Shown piece by piece: positions 26,908 to 40,200 of a stretch of DNA of 64,000 bases. Numbering within the stretch: the stretch's first letter is position 1; each line of letters begins with the position of its first letter. The stretch lies in assembly GCA_000934665.2 (NCBI GenBank), contig JYFJ02000197.1, forward strand, positions 1 to 64,000, given 5' to 3'. This stretch comes from Catajapyx aquilonaris. Lineage: Eukaryota. Made by a program: the position numbers and the translations under genes. Under the pieces are notes generated by a model, which was given only the letters and a program-made list of their open reading frames with translations, was not told the DNA's origin and searched no databases.

Positions 26908-29900
26908 TCTTACCTAATTAAAATTGGCGGCTGACTAGTTGCCTTAGAAAAACCCAGACTTCGAATACAACAGCAGAAGACATTGGAAAAATTTATTCTT
27001 ACACGAATTTAACACAAAAAAAAGTGTTGTTAAACTAGAGTGACCTGAAATCATGCATGCTGCACATGAACCAGCTTCAAGTAATACTTTCTTTAAAAAA
27101 CTGGGGAAATCTGTAGCACATGTAACCTTATCTTTAGAAGTATAGGGAGTGACTTATATTCTGTTGTCTCGAGCGGGAAACCCCGTAGCGTCGTTTGCTG
27201 ACCACATTCCTCCTCCTCCTCCTCCGCCTCCTTTTTCTTTCTTTTCTCTCTACTCTTCTTTCTTTGTGGAGCCAGCTGATATGGAACACTTTTGTTGGTC
27301 CCGAGAAGAGACATTTGCTAAGATAATCGGGTAATTTCTATTCCGGGTGAGGCAGCTCAAGTGATGACCTGGTCTTGGGTTGTTTATGATTTCTTGATAA
27401 GGTATGTATACCCAGAGAGCAGATGTGCTAAACGATCTATGAGGGGTATTCTTGCACTTGCATAATGACTTGCCTACTTAGAGATAGCCACGAGTCTTGT
27501 GGAATTAAATGTGGAGAGTAATTAAATTTAATGAATTAGGACTTTCGGCCCAACAGGATGTACCCCAAAGTGTATAGTGCTGTTTAAGGTTACAAACCAA
27601 AAATAGGTCTATTAATGATGCATAAGATTGAAAACGCTTCTGCACATTTAAAAAAAATCTAAGGTTTTTGTTATAAAGGTCAAATAAATGCAAATATTTC
27701 TACTGTATAGGCATTATATTAGATGTATTAAATAATATATTGTCACAAACAGTATTAGTTAAGAAATATTTGTATTCTGAAATTTTTCAAGAGAAACAGG
27801 ATTCAGACATGTAAGAAAAATGAATAATTGTATAAATTTTCAAAGAAAAAAATGGCTGCGTGTGTCATGTGTAAATGAAACCCGTAATTAATTAAGACAA
27901 CCAGATGATATTTTATTCATTTTCATTTTCATTTAATTTACCCATGAGGGCTGCTTTGATTTGGGGGAGGGGAAGAATGTAGATACAATAGATTATAATA
28001 TTTCTAAGTATTAACAGGTTCAACATGACAATATGAAACAATTATAAGGTCTAAAACATGTCAGCTCAGTAGTGTAAAAATAAGATCTCTGACATGCATT
28101 TCGTTATAACAAAAATTATATGCCTACTGTATAAATTGAGCACTACTACTTGTTTTGTTAAGCCATTCAAAACGCAATAAACATTATCTGGCGGGGATTA
28201 AGGTTGTGCAGAAAAGTGTAAGAATCTCGGAATCGAATATGATAATGAATGATAAAGATCGAAAATAATTTGCTCACTGTTGCAATAACAACCACATGAT
28301 AGGTGCACAGCAGTGTGTTTCACAGTTCTCTTATCATGACCATATTAATTAATCGAAATAAACCTGCCGTGTGTTAGTGGATGCTGTGTATTCTGGGTGT
28401 TTCAGAATGATTCAGGCAAACTCTTGTGGTAAACACAATGGGGCCAGAGTCCTAATCTTGGTGGAAATTTAATTTGTACGCCACTGCACATAAATACCCT
28501 GCATGCGAATCAGAGCTCATGGAATTGAAAACACCTTGTATATCCTGCCGATTCCCTTCCGAATAAGTTTTGAGAAACAAACTTGGACCATGTTGAAGTA
28601 ATCTCACGCCTTCCTGAGCCCCCTTCGCCTGCCTGGCGCATCTTTTGGCAAGGGTTTACAACCTCTTGTGAATATTAAACCTGAAATAGTGTGTTATCTT
28701 ATCAAGGAACAGAACGCCCCCCCTCCTAGAAGGACGTTTTATTCCTTGACCACACCAAGGCAACGACAGATATTGGAAAATATCTTCTCATAAATCCACC
28801 TTTACGGGCATATTTACGTGGCGGGAAAGCAGCTTAGAATACGTTTGGATGTCATCGCCAAGGAACTGGGCCTGCTCAAACAACCACAGGGGGCGCCTGC
28901 GCACACACCATACCACCATCACTTGGTTTAATGCGCCGCACTATTATTGCCTGCGAAATTTTTGTGCTATCCCTGACCCTACAAGGCAGTTTCCAATTCG
29001 CCGAATCGTGATGTTGGTCCTGCCCTGCTGCTTCGAGTTATTAGCCAAATGTGGGCAATATTTAACAGAAAAGTCTGACAACAAAAACTGACCTGCTCTC
29101 GTGCGTGCTCAATGCAGGACGTAAATCAAAATTCATCCTTAATATTAAATTTGTCCGACGGACGTATATTGCAAAATTTGCTGTATTTATTAGTGAGCAA
29201 CATGTCACTGCACTATGCCATGTTTTCAGCCAAAAAATTACTATTTGTAAATACTTAAGCAATGACATGTTGGACTGTACAAGTACACCTAGGAGAAAAG
29301 AAACACCAAAAAAATTGAGCTACAAAACTACTCAAAATATGCAGATGAGCATCATGCACACAAGCATGCGTAGTTGTGGTACTTGCGCATCCGGATGCAA
29401 TTACTTTTAGGTACCCTCTGGTGACGACAATGGGGAAAAAGTTTGGTATGACCCCTTCGGTGTTTTGCACGGCTCGTGTCACTCAAGACAAGCCTGCAGG
29501 GAGTCAAGCGTCGGAGAATAATAATCATAACAAAAAGAGGTTACAAGCAAGGTCTGCCTGCAGGGAGTAGATGAATTCGCACCTGACTATTTTTCCTGAA
29601 CGGTGACTCGGTAGGACCCGGAAGGTCGCATGTATTGTCATAAGCACACAGTATGGGTATTTTGGGTCTTGCTCCTAATTTGCTCGAGCAATCGTGGAGT
29701 GTTGCTAACTATAATTCTGATCCTATGTGTCAGTAATACCGGAGTAACATGTCAATTATCAAATATCTTCGACCACATGCAAACACACATACCATACAGG
29801 TTTTTCACAAAAATTTAAGAGAAATTCAAATAACTTGGAATGATTTCAACGTTTCGCTAATAAATATGCGTCACTAACAGATACTCGCAGGCACGATTTT

Positions 29901-32900
29901 TACATTAGGCAGCACTTTACTGGGAAATGAGAAGGACGTATATCGACTCACGAACAAGAAAAAAAGAGTCATACTAGGGAGTTATGGTGTTAGATTCTTC
30001 GTTACGGAGAACACCTGGGGAAAAAATAAGAACCTTTTCATTTGGAGGTGAACTGCTGTAACTTCATGCTTATGGATCACCTTGATCTTTGTTCTTCAGT
30101 TTTACGGATGAGTATACTCATTAGTTTCAGGGGCAATTTCTTGTAAATTCCTACCCGCCAATGTATCCAAAAATACTTCGCTTACGTCATATGAAAATAA
30201 TGTTATCCTAGGTTATGCTCAAAATGAGCATGTTTCGTGTCACATGTTTTGATATGCCAATTATTATGAGTAAATTTTCTGCCTTATGATGTTGATGTAT
30301 TTAACAACGGATTTTATCCCAGTAATGGTGTGAATTGCAATTTTTTGTGTCCCTTTTGCAGAATTTGATCAGTGACTCATATGCATCTCTGCTGAACACT
30401 ATATCATTCAGTTCATGTTCCATTCATGTTATTGTCTGATATACAATAACCAGGGGTGGAACGAGAGACAGAAAGAAACGCGTTTGAGAGCCGTGACCTC
30501 TGTCACAACAGCTTTATTTAGACTTGACACCAGCGGGCATGGGACACACCGTGCGCAGGGGGTCCCCCCACGACCTGCGTCTGCGTCCGGAAACAATAAT
30601 GTTGCTTTGGACCTGTCACCCGCGTGACAATTGACAAATGAATTACGGCGGGCATACCACCAAGAGAAACAAGGGGCCTCTTTTCTTGGTATTCCCAACT
30701 TTTGATGTCTCCATTCTCCCTCCCACCCCTCCCTACCCCTTCCTCCTCTTCCCTTTTTTGAGTGCCCCCCATGGTGAACATGGAGGATTTTCCAGCCAAT
30801 GACAATTACCATCCAGAGTAACAGTCTCCCAGGGATAAATAAATGGGGGTGGTTGTCAGGTACTACATGGACCTGCCCATCCATTTGGGTATTAATTTGG
30901 TATTGTGAACTCACACACCCTCGAGTAACACACCGTAATTGTAATAGATGTATGTAGATAATACGTGTTTTCATACAGCAAATTCGCTTCAATATTTGTT
31001 GGCAAAAAATTCGCTCATTTTCCGCCAGTCGCTGCCAAGGAACATGCCCTCAGTAGATGCCGATATTATGACTCCACATTTCATGCAAAAAATAATGTAA
31101 GGTACTATATTATATCGTGTTTAGCCTTTTTTTTCTCTCATATTCCTCGAGTCAAATACCTAAACGATGTAACTTATGATGTCCACGCACGCTATTAGTT
31201 GCTTCGAAGCCAGTCCTCCTCGTGTGGAAGAAATTTAGAGATGATCACGCTTACACGACGTCTTCCAACTTGTACCGCAAGATATATACGGTTGTAGTAA
31301 CAATACATGCTCCTTTCAGAAACAAAGTCCCAACACATTCACATTGCGCCTATTATATTCCCTGGCTCTGGTCGTACAGCCAAAATGGCTGGCAACGTCT
31401 TAACTCGACTCGGAGATAAGGATGAGTAATTGAAAGCAAAAACACTCGATGTGTAGATTGGAACATAGCGCATAAAGAAATGAAGGTATGAATGAAGTTA
31501 TAACTCATATAAGCTCGTTTTTGGAAGAAGGTGTATAGTGTATACTTGTGGCCATCAGGTATTTATAATAGTGTTGACGCGTAGAATATTGCGACTCATC
31601 CAATTATCCTTGCCACGTCCTAGAAATCTTGAATCCCTGTAAACACTAACAGATCATCTCAGACCAAATTCCTTGACATTCTGGGCGTCCCTGAGACTGA
31701 GAAAAAAAACAACAACCTGCCGACATGTCACCCCGAAAGTGAAAAATACCAGGGAAAGGAAAGGAAAAATCGTGGACAAAAACTCAACATTTTTCCTTGA
31801 ATTAAATTTGAGTCATAAAGATGACCCCCTTTTTTTTTGCAAACTGTGTTTTTTGCTCCAACGAAGTTTGCAACATTAAGCGTAGTACTGCTTCCACTTC
31901 TGAAAACTAGTTCTCCATCTGAATATTTATATCTATGCCAGGTGATATATGAGCTGGCAAACAAAGGTAAGATCTCACACACTGCTTTTATCAACTCCCA
32001 CTTCTTCTTACCCTGATAGTCTTGAACCTGACTGTAATACGTAAATGTAACCTAATCTGAAATGTAGAAAAATTATATATTTTCCATGAATTTTTTGTCT
32101 GGATTCAGTATAGTTTGTGCCAAGGATAAGAGTGGTATTAATTTATAGACAATTACAACTGCAATCAATAAATGTTACATTTTAATATAAAGTTTAAAAA
32201 GCCTCGAGGCAGAAATAGTTATGACTATATTGTAAGTAATGTTTGAAATGTCATTACCCTTCACTTCTACATTTATGACAATGTTCTTTAATAATTTATG
32301 GCAATAATTCACCATCGTATAAATTGCATGCAATTAAAATTTTACAGCTCTATAGTGCGGATACCTGTAAATGCAAACTTTATAGGCGTGAGTATTAAGA
32401 ACACACCGCCTATTTATTACAAAGCGGTGTTAATACCAGCTGTAAATTACTATGATATCTAACATGCCGGTAGCAGCATTGTACTCGATGAGTTACAGCA
32501 CATCAAAAACGTCAGCACTCTCCAGCTGCGCAAAAAATCAATTGCCATTATTTCCAAAAAAGATGCAAACTGATATTCTCATAATAAATACGCCTCATCA
32601 TTGTTTTATCACCACATTCGCCGCATAATCTTGTTTCTGTTTTTTTTTAATGTCACAAAATAACAGCTCGCACGACTCCAATTTACGCGATCGTTTCGTC
32701 ACAGCGGGTTCAAACATAAAATCCGTTCTCTCTTACCTTGGGGCAGACGATATAAAGAAATGATACTCGCATCCGCCAATGAATAACGTCGGAGGCTTTT
32801 GATTTAACAGCCACGAATCGCCACATAATGTGGGGACGAGATTCTTTTGGCCGTCTGACTCAAGGCCTGCGACATAAAACGAGTTATGATGTGCCAGACT

Positions 32901-35900
32901 CACGGGCCAAGATTCACAACTACTCTCGGAACATTACTTTTCACAATCATGCCTGGTTTTTTGGAGGGCAAAAAAAAGAGAGGAATCCTCCATCTTAGAG
33001 ACACTTCCGGTGCAAAAATATGACAAGTCGCATTATAGATATTTTTCGTGTAATTAATAGTGTAAAATTTTGTATCCCGGAGAGCAATATTTTTGGTGGT
33101 TTACAATTTTACCTCCATTATTCTGGCAGAGAATATTCACATTCACGCCATGTCGTGTCTTTTGCCGGCAGGTGACATGGCGACCTGAGTCACCCAAACA
33201 ATGCCAGGATTTATGCGACTTTATTATTAATGCTCAGCGGGACAGAGGTGATCAGAGACACTTACTGTCTCATTCACTTGTGGCCATGACTTATTAAGTT
33301 TTTCAGCAGGATTTGTTGCTCCGTTAGAAGCACCTTTTTTTTGTAAAGCATTTCTTTTGCTCTTTTGAGAAATAAGGTGCTGGTCTGGGATGGTGATGAC
33401 TTACCGAAGATGTCATCTGATGGTGGGATTATATTCTTGGGTTACCCTGAGATACCTCAATATCATGAATCGTCGCAGTTACATTTTTTTGGAATAATTA
33501 GAAATTTTTCTACTGTTGTACACTCTTTTTAAAACGAACCTTTCATCACGACATAATTCAACGAGTTACGACTAAATCAGCTCAAATTTTCCAATTTCCA
33601 GAGGTTTATGAAAGACTGGACGGCAAACCCGTTTTACGTACGCCGAAAATCCGGTACAGTGTGCAGAAATGTCTGACGAAAAATTAAAATAGCAATTTGC
33701 AGAAAATTAGATTCCAGAACTTGTTCTTCTCCTCTTTGCCTGACACCGCCGTGGTAATGAGTAGTGTAGGGCTGACCCCGTGGTTACAATAACATGTAAT
33801 CGCATTAAGAGTGTAACATCTAGTTTGTTGATCACCGGTAAAATTATCATACCACACTGATGGAACGTTCCTGGAGCTGGAAACTGCACCACCATGCAGG
33901 TGGATTATACTGTACAAAGAGACCACACAGTTCAAATTTTGTGTGACTAAATATCTAGTGTGGGTAATTGCTTGATATACGATGAAAGCGGATTCATACG
34001 GCATGAAAACGAGGCCCTTCGGCACGAATTGGAAAGTGGATGAAACATTAAAAACAACAAAGCCGTTTAGTCATTGTAATTGCTACCGAGGGTTCACGCT
34101 GAGTGATAAATTGCTCAGTACTGTATGTAAATCAGGCAATTGACAAGAGGCCGTCAGTAAAAATGGCTATAATCAAAGATCATGAGCATGCCTAGAGTGC
34201 AGTACGAGCAGAGTAGAAAGAAAAAGAGCTTCATCATGACACACTCTGTCAAATACCAAGACGGCAATTATACGTGACATTCGAACATTTTTATAGAGGT
34301 CATACTCTGCCCCGTGTAACTTACACACTTACATACGATAATACTCGTAGGACAATACGGATGCGACTGAAAATGTCACATTTGATATAGAGAAATACCG
34401 TGATCATTTCCAATGTGATTGGAGGGCTTCGAACTTTCCAAACGGGGACCCAGCATGATAAATCGAACTTCCTCGTGACTATTTCTGGGACAAGAATCAT
34501 TTTCACCCATCATCTTGACACCTCACGCCAAATCTTCATTGACCACTATGGGTGCCTCGTGATGACAGCATTTTCTCTACCAGTGTATTCTCTACGCATG
34601 AACTTCAAAGTGCTTAGATCATTAAGAGATTGGAAAATAATCGAAACAATGACTGATGTATCGGCGTGGTTGGAATACACAGACAAATGTTGACCGGTAA
34701 CTGAAGGAATTTGTAGGTGTCCAAAATGTGGGAGGGTGAGGCCTATACAAAAAAAGGGCATTTCTAGCACGAAAGTCGTGTCTTTGACGCAACAAAGTGA
34801 ACAAGTTGAGTTTGGTATCCCGCCGGATTCTGTGTTTTGGGCCAAGTCCTATCTCGTGTCTATCGGTGACTGAATCGGACAGGATTTCTGGTGTGACTTG
34901 CGATACGTTATTCGGAAGGTTCACTGAACGGCAGCATTTTTAGTGGAGGTTCTCCGACACGTGGTGTATGTTCGGTAGAAAGATAATATTTTTCACGCGC
35001 AAGAAGTAGTGTTTTAACACGGTATACCATGAAAAATATCGTCCCCTGCGGTATGTCTCTTATACTCTTGGCCAGCAGTTCAAAGGTTATGTATATCGTT
35101 GCACACACCATTACTCTTGTGGTTTCTCTCGCAGATTATGGCGGACTACGCCGCATCGCGTTTGCATACACTTCAAATAAGTTTAAGACAGTAAAGGTCA
35201 TTCACCCATTGCGGACGCCATCTTGCTTACCAAATGCACCACTTGCGGTACACAATCTGCAAGTCCAATTCTGCCGAAACAACGACCAGTGCCCGAGTAA
35301 ATAATCCGTTCAAAAGAAAATGCCCAAGCCTGAATGTCTCTCCAGTGCTGCTTGTACGCAAATAGGATGTAATTCCTATGTTAAAATCGCGATTAGAAAG
35401 CACAAACTCTGTAACGTCTAGTGGAACTCGGTTTGGAATTTTGCCACAGGGTGCTCTCTTGTGAAAGGCCCCTCTTTTCTTATTGTTTGGAATACCAATT
35501 AACACTGTTCCCAGGTGCAATAGCAAAGTAACTCGAGACTTTCAGATGCTAATTTTTCCAAGGCGAACTCAAACAAAAGAATACTTTTCCTTGTTTTATT
35601 TTTTGGATGTTGTGTGGAGAAGGGGAGAGAGGGCAGACTTTTCTGTCACATCCAGATTTGGCACGTTGTGTCTCAAGTGTTTTATTGTTCCGGTCTGGAA
35701 AAGGTGTGTGGCTCAGGAATCCTGGGAGAGGAAGAGAAGGTGGAGCCTGGACATTTTGGGGTTGGCTTCAAAAGGTGGCGAGGGGTAGGAATGCATATAT
35801 CAGTATAAATAATGCGACGAATTTGATTGGCTAGTAGCCCACCACTATTGGTCCACCTTTGCCAAATATTAAAATTTTGTTCAGGCCAGAAGCAGACGGC

Positions 35901-37159
35901 GTGCGCCTCGAGATAAAATAAGAAAAATGGCCCACACTCGAATCTACACATGGTATTCGCATATGCATATGAAAAGATCCACATTAGGTTCCCATAGGGA
36001 TGAATGAATATCGACCCCCTCTGGCGATTGATGGATGGAAGTGACGGTAAAGTTTCTCCACCACCCATGCTGCAAAAGAGTAGAGGCCAGATAGGTCCCC
36101 CCCACAGCCAGCTAGTGGGCAAAGGGCAGTCATCGCAAAGAGGTCTTTCACCTTTCCACCCAAAGGGCTTCGGCGCCTCCATTTATCATCCTCAACCTCT
36201 TCCGTGTTGCAAAGAGGACCTACCTGGCAATGGGTACTGCGAACACCGAAAAAATTACACATGTACGCACGTGCCCTTTGGGAAGGTGGGTCAGAGAAGA
36301 CCCCGTCCTGGGCGCAGGATGTACAAAAAAAGTAAGAGGAGGGCAAGGTCATATGTCAGCAGAGCTTTCCACCCATATACCCCATATACAGTATGTATCC
36401 CTCCCCACATCTTCTATGCACCAAACAACAAAAGCCCATTCCACCCAAAAGTGTGTATGGAATGTGAGGCGTTTGGACATGTCCCATATATTGGGGTGAC
36501 CTCTCTTCTCTGCTGTATTGCATTCCTGGTTTCCTACCCATCGTACGTTTCAATTTATCCGGCCTGTTTCGGGGCAATTCTCGGGAGGGAAATATGAGAT
36601 TCTTGAAGTGGAGTTACGATCCGGACCACTCCATTTGTGGCGGGATTTCAAGGGTACTTGTCACGACGAACTTGCTCTGATCTGACAAAGTCTGAGCGCA
36701 CTCCCACTGATCAAGCTGGAAAAACTCACAGACTTTTGTCTTGTCGCCATGAGTTACATCCTGAGCACACGCAGCCATCAAGGGTCAAGTTTGGTCTGCA
36801 CAAACTGGTGCACTCACTTTCTCGCATTTATTGCCCGCCTTCGTCAGTTGCCTTGCGTCAAATTGCAGGGTGACGCCAACCGGAATGGGTGTGAAGTTCA
36901 CATGGGGCGGTCACGTCCACGACGAGGATCATCAATGACCCGATTCCATGAGGTGCTTATGTGCGAAACTTGTCATTAACCATGCCAAATCCCACGGAGC
37001 ACCTCACGGTACGGTTGAGAAAGTCGAACACTCACTCTTTTCCGGTTAGTACGACCAAATCTGTGGGAATGATGTAGAGGTGATGTCACCAGTGCTTGGT
37101 GTCATATTTGGGCGAAACCTAATCATTTCTGTAGTATTTTTTTCATTTGCATAATTTTT

Positions 37160-37222
37160 TATATTTTATTATTTATTTTTTACGTTACCCCGTGATAGGG
37201 CCATAGGCTCTTTTAGGGGGGT
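37160..37222 (-). mobile_element. candidate 3' end of a decayed LINE/SINE (stem-loop plus A-rich tail)
   Basis: A T-rich tract on the plus strand is followed by nested inverted repeats ACCCC..AGGGCC-ATA-GGCTCT..GGGGT. No recognisable ORF remnant. Confidence 0.3.
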
Positions 37223-40200
37223 GGAATGCCACCACCCATCAATTTGATGAAATTTGATGAAAGGATATGGGGTAAGGATGGGGATTATTTTTATATATAT
37301 TGACTGAAGACTACGTTGGGTCAAATGTTGCTTCTAGAAGGGGGCCAAGGAGGACCGGCAGAGTATAGGTTGCCAATCCAGGAGTGAGAAGGCGGGCTTC
37401 TGGGGATCAGTATTTTTTTTTGCGTTTTGACTCCTCGTCCAGTCTTGCATTTGTTGGGGGGCGGGATTGACCTTTTTTCTTTGCCAATGGTGACCCAAAA
37501 GGGCGTGGACCTAAACGTAGTGTTTTGATAGTGTGAAATTCAATTAAGTAACAGCAAAAAATTATCCAGATATCAACTTAAATTTTGCACTTAAATGTAG
37601 ATTTTATTTAGTATGTGCTCGTGACATTGTTGAAATTTCTCATTCAGGCTAGCAGATTGTTGCCTCCTCATTGAAAGAAAGTGAAACACTCGGAGAAACA
37701 ACATCAGGGTAATGCTGGTCGCTAATGATTTCTTGTGATTGGCTCACGACTGCAAGGGAGTGGTCACACCTGAAACAACAACAAAAATCCTGCTCATAAA
37801 TTAACTTCTACTCATTCATAGGCATATACACACTTATGTCTGGTGAGAGATTAGACATATCAGTGCTGTAGTCCAGTGTGTAACAGTCGGTGTAACTCCT
37901 TTTAAGCTGTTAATTAGCTATATAATTTACAGATGTCTGGTGAAACCTAGTGTGGCTGAATTACGACCATTCAAAGATTATATAATTAAACCAAATGAAA
38001 ATTTGAGGTGTGAACATACTGTGAATTAAACTTGTGATTCTGATCGTGAATCAATTGAAATAACGCGATTCCCTAATCCCATAGCCATAAATCACAGTAG
38101 ATTGAATCCCAGTATGGAGTCAACCATCGTGGAAAGAAAAGAAAGTGTTTATCCAGCTTGTTCATTCCCCATACATACCCTTTAAGTTATATCCCCAGCA
38201 CGCAAGCACCAGCTGTGATGACATCGCAACTTAATTAGAATAATAAGTTAATGAAAATTTATATAGCAGTCCATTAGAAAGGAGGAGGTCAGGATAATGC
38301 CAATGAATTATAGACTTCGTAAATTATATAGCCATTCTTTAGGAATTTAGAATCAGTTGTTTTTTGTCAAGCTATTTGGCAGCGTTTCGTGGTAAATCGA
38401 GACTAATCATGGGATTTAGACATAAAAAACGAGGATAATTGATTCATTCTCCCTGCTGAGTGTTGGGGATAAGTGCATTCAATTCTCTCTGGATTTTACG
38501 TAGAATAAATCACTCCGGGTAGTAGAAGGGAGAAAAAATAATCTCACGCTGAGGATGCTCGTAATTCTAGGCGAAATGAACCAGAGACAAGGTTTCTTTT
38601 AGAGGAGCATTAGAACTTTGGTAAAATTAACAAGGGAAGACACGACAAAGCACAGCTTCCCTTCTGTTAGCTTTGTACTTCACGATCTCTGAAAAGTTGG
38701 CCCGAAGACACGGAGTATAAATAACCTCTTTTGGCCTACTGTAAGGTAATACTCTGCCACCCTACTTAGACCATTATGTGAGCATAATGAATTACAATAA
38801 ATTAAAGAAAGAGATGCGGCTCACGTAAGCCTATATATTGCCGAAAGTGGAGGTCGTGGACGCCTCTGGCGCTTGTCAGGTGTCATCACGCTGCCAAATG
38901 TCCTTGCTTGAGCTCCAGGACATGCAATCTGATCTATTGCACCCTGTCGCGGCACAGACCCATCTTGTGCACACCAAAACGATGATGGAATCCGTACGGT
39001 GGACCTACTTTGTGTCTGCGGGGGTACTGAACCAAAATTAACCTCAGCTCACGACTCTCGGCGGCCAGCCTCCGGAGGAACACGACACAAGTTGACATTA
39101 TCTCTCCTTAGTTGCAAATTTGAAAATGTGCAACGTCAAAATGAGCTTGTTTGCTAATCGCCAGATTAACTTTCACCTGCGGTATAATATTCCAAGTCAT
39201 TCACTTGCGCACAAGTCGGACACAGAGACACGGGTGTCACATGAAAATAAACTGATTATTCCCGCACCTTTTGTCAACCAGTATGTTCTTTACTCGTATG
39301 CGACATGGTCTAGAAGGTTGTGGTAGCTGGCATGGGAGAGAGAGTTAATTACAAATGCGACCAAGAAAGTGTCAGGCGGAGGAAGATGCGCCATCCGATT
39401 GCGCTGTCCATAACTAATAGCCATCCATCACCCGAGTTGGACACAGAGAATAAATGACGCTCGGAGGCTTCTAAGTATGTTATTCATATCTCACGTTCCA
39501 TTGATGGGCCGTCAGAGTTATTGGACTGCAGGTGACCCCGGTGTCTGGGGCAGAAGTGATTTCATTTTTGTTGTGATGGGGGTACTTGGGGACAAGTGCT
39601 GGTGACATTTTTTGTGTGTGTGTAAGGAATAACTACTTGGTGCGTCTTTCCCTGCCTTTTATGATTATTTCAAAAGTGGATCATATGGTGTGCTAAATTG
39701 TGTTACAAAAAGTGAATCCCCCTCAATAAGCGCAACGTGTTATTAGGCTCAAATGGCTTTCGCAACTTCCCGATTATCAAAAGTTGTTCGACTACACCCT
39801 GGGAGTCCGGCAAGATGAAAGGGGCCTGCCGAACGATGTCTGCCCATGCACTTACGTTGAATATTGTAATAAAGTAAAAGAGTGACCCTATCGCCATTTA
39901 GTTACAGGGGAATTAAAAAATGAGAGAAAATATAGTAAAATCATTGTTATCAAGGAAGCAGAAGTTTTTCCAGGCGTGCATCCAAACACGACCCTCCAGT
40001 GTCCGTGTAGTTATGACTTTCCCATTTTCACCTGTTACGATATAAGTGATGTTTCATTACTACCATGATGATATATTAGACGCCAGGCCTTTACCGGTAA
40101 TGTTATGGTATTACCGAGCTGCCCTGTACCAGGAACGACGTAACTGGATCTCGGGAGCGTATTTAAAAAATCGGGAAGAACTTTTGGAGAGTCCCCATAC

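Noticed and set aside
30429..30992. 187-aa minus-strand ORF
   Set aside because: Non-ATG start, crosses a low-complexity purine tract, and has no recognisable motif.
35682..36597. Longest non-knrl ORFs here (197 aa plus strand, 166 aa minus strand)
   Set aside because: No recognisable domain, and they overlap mutually in several frames, as expected in a GC-richer non-coding island.
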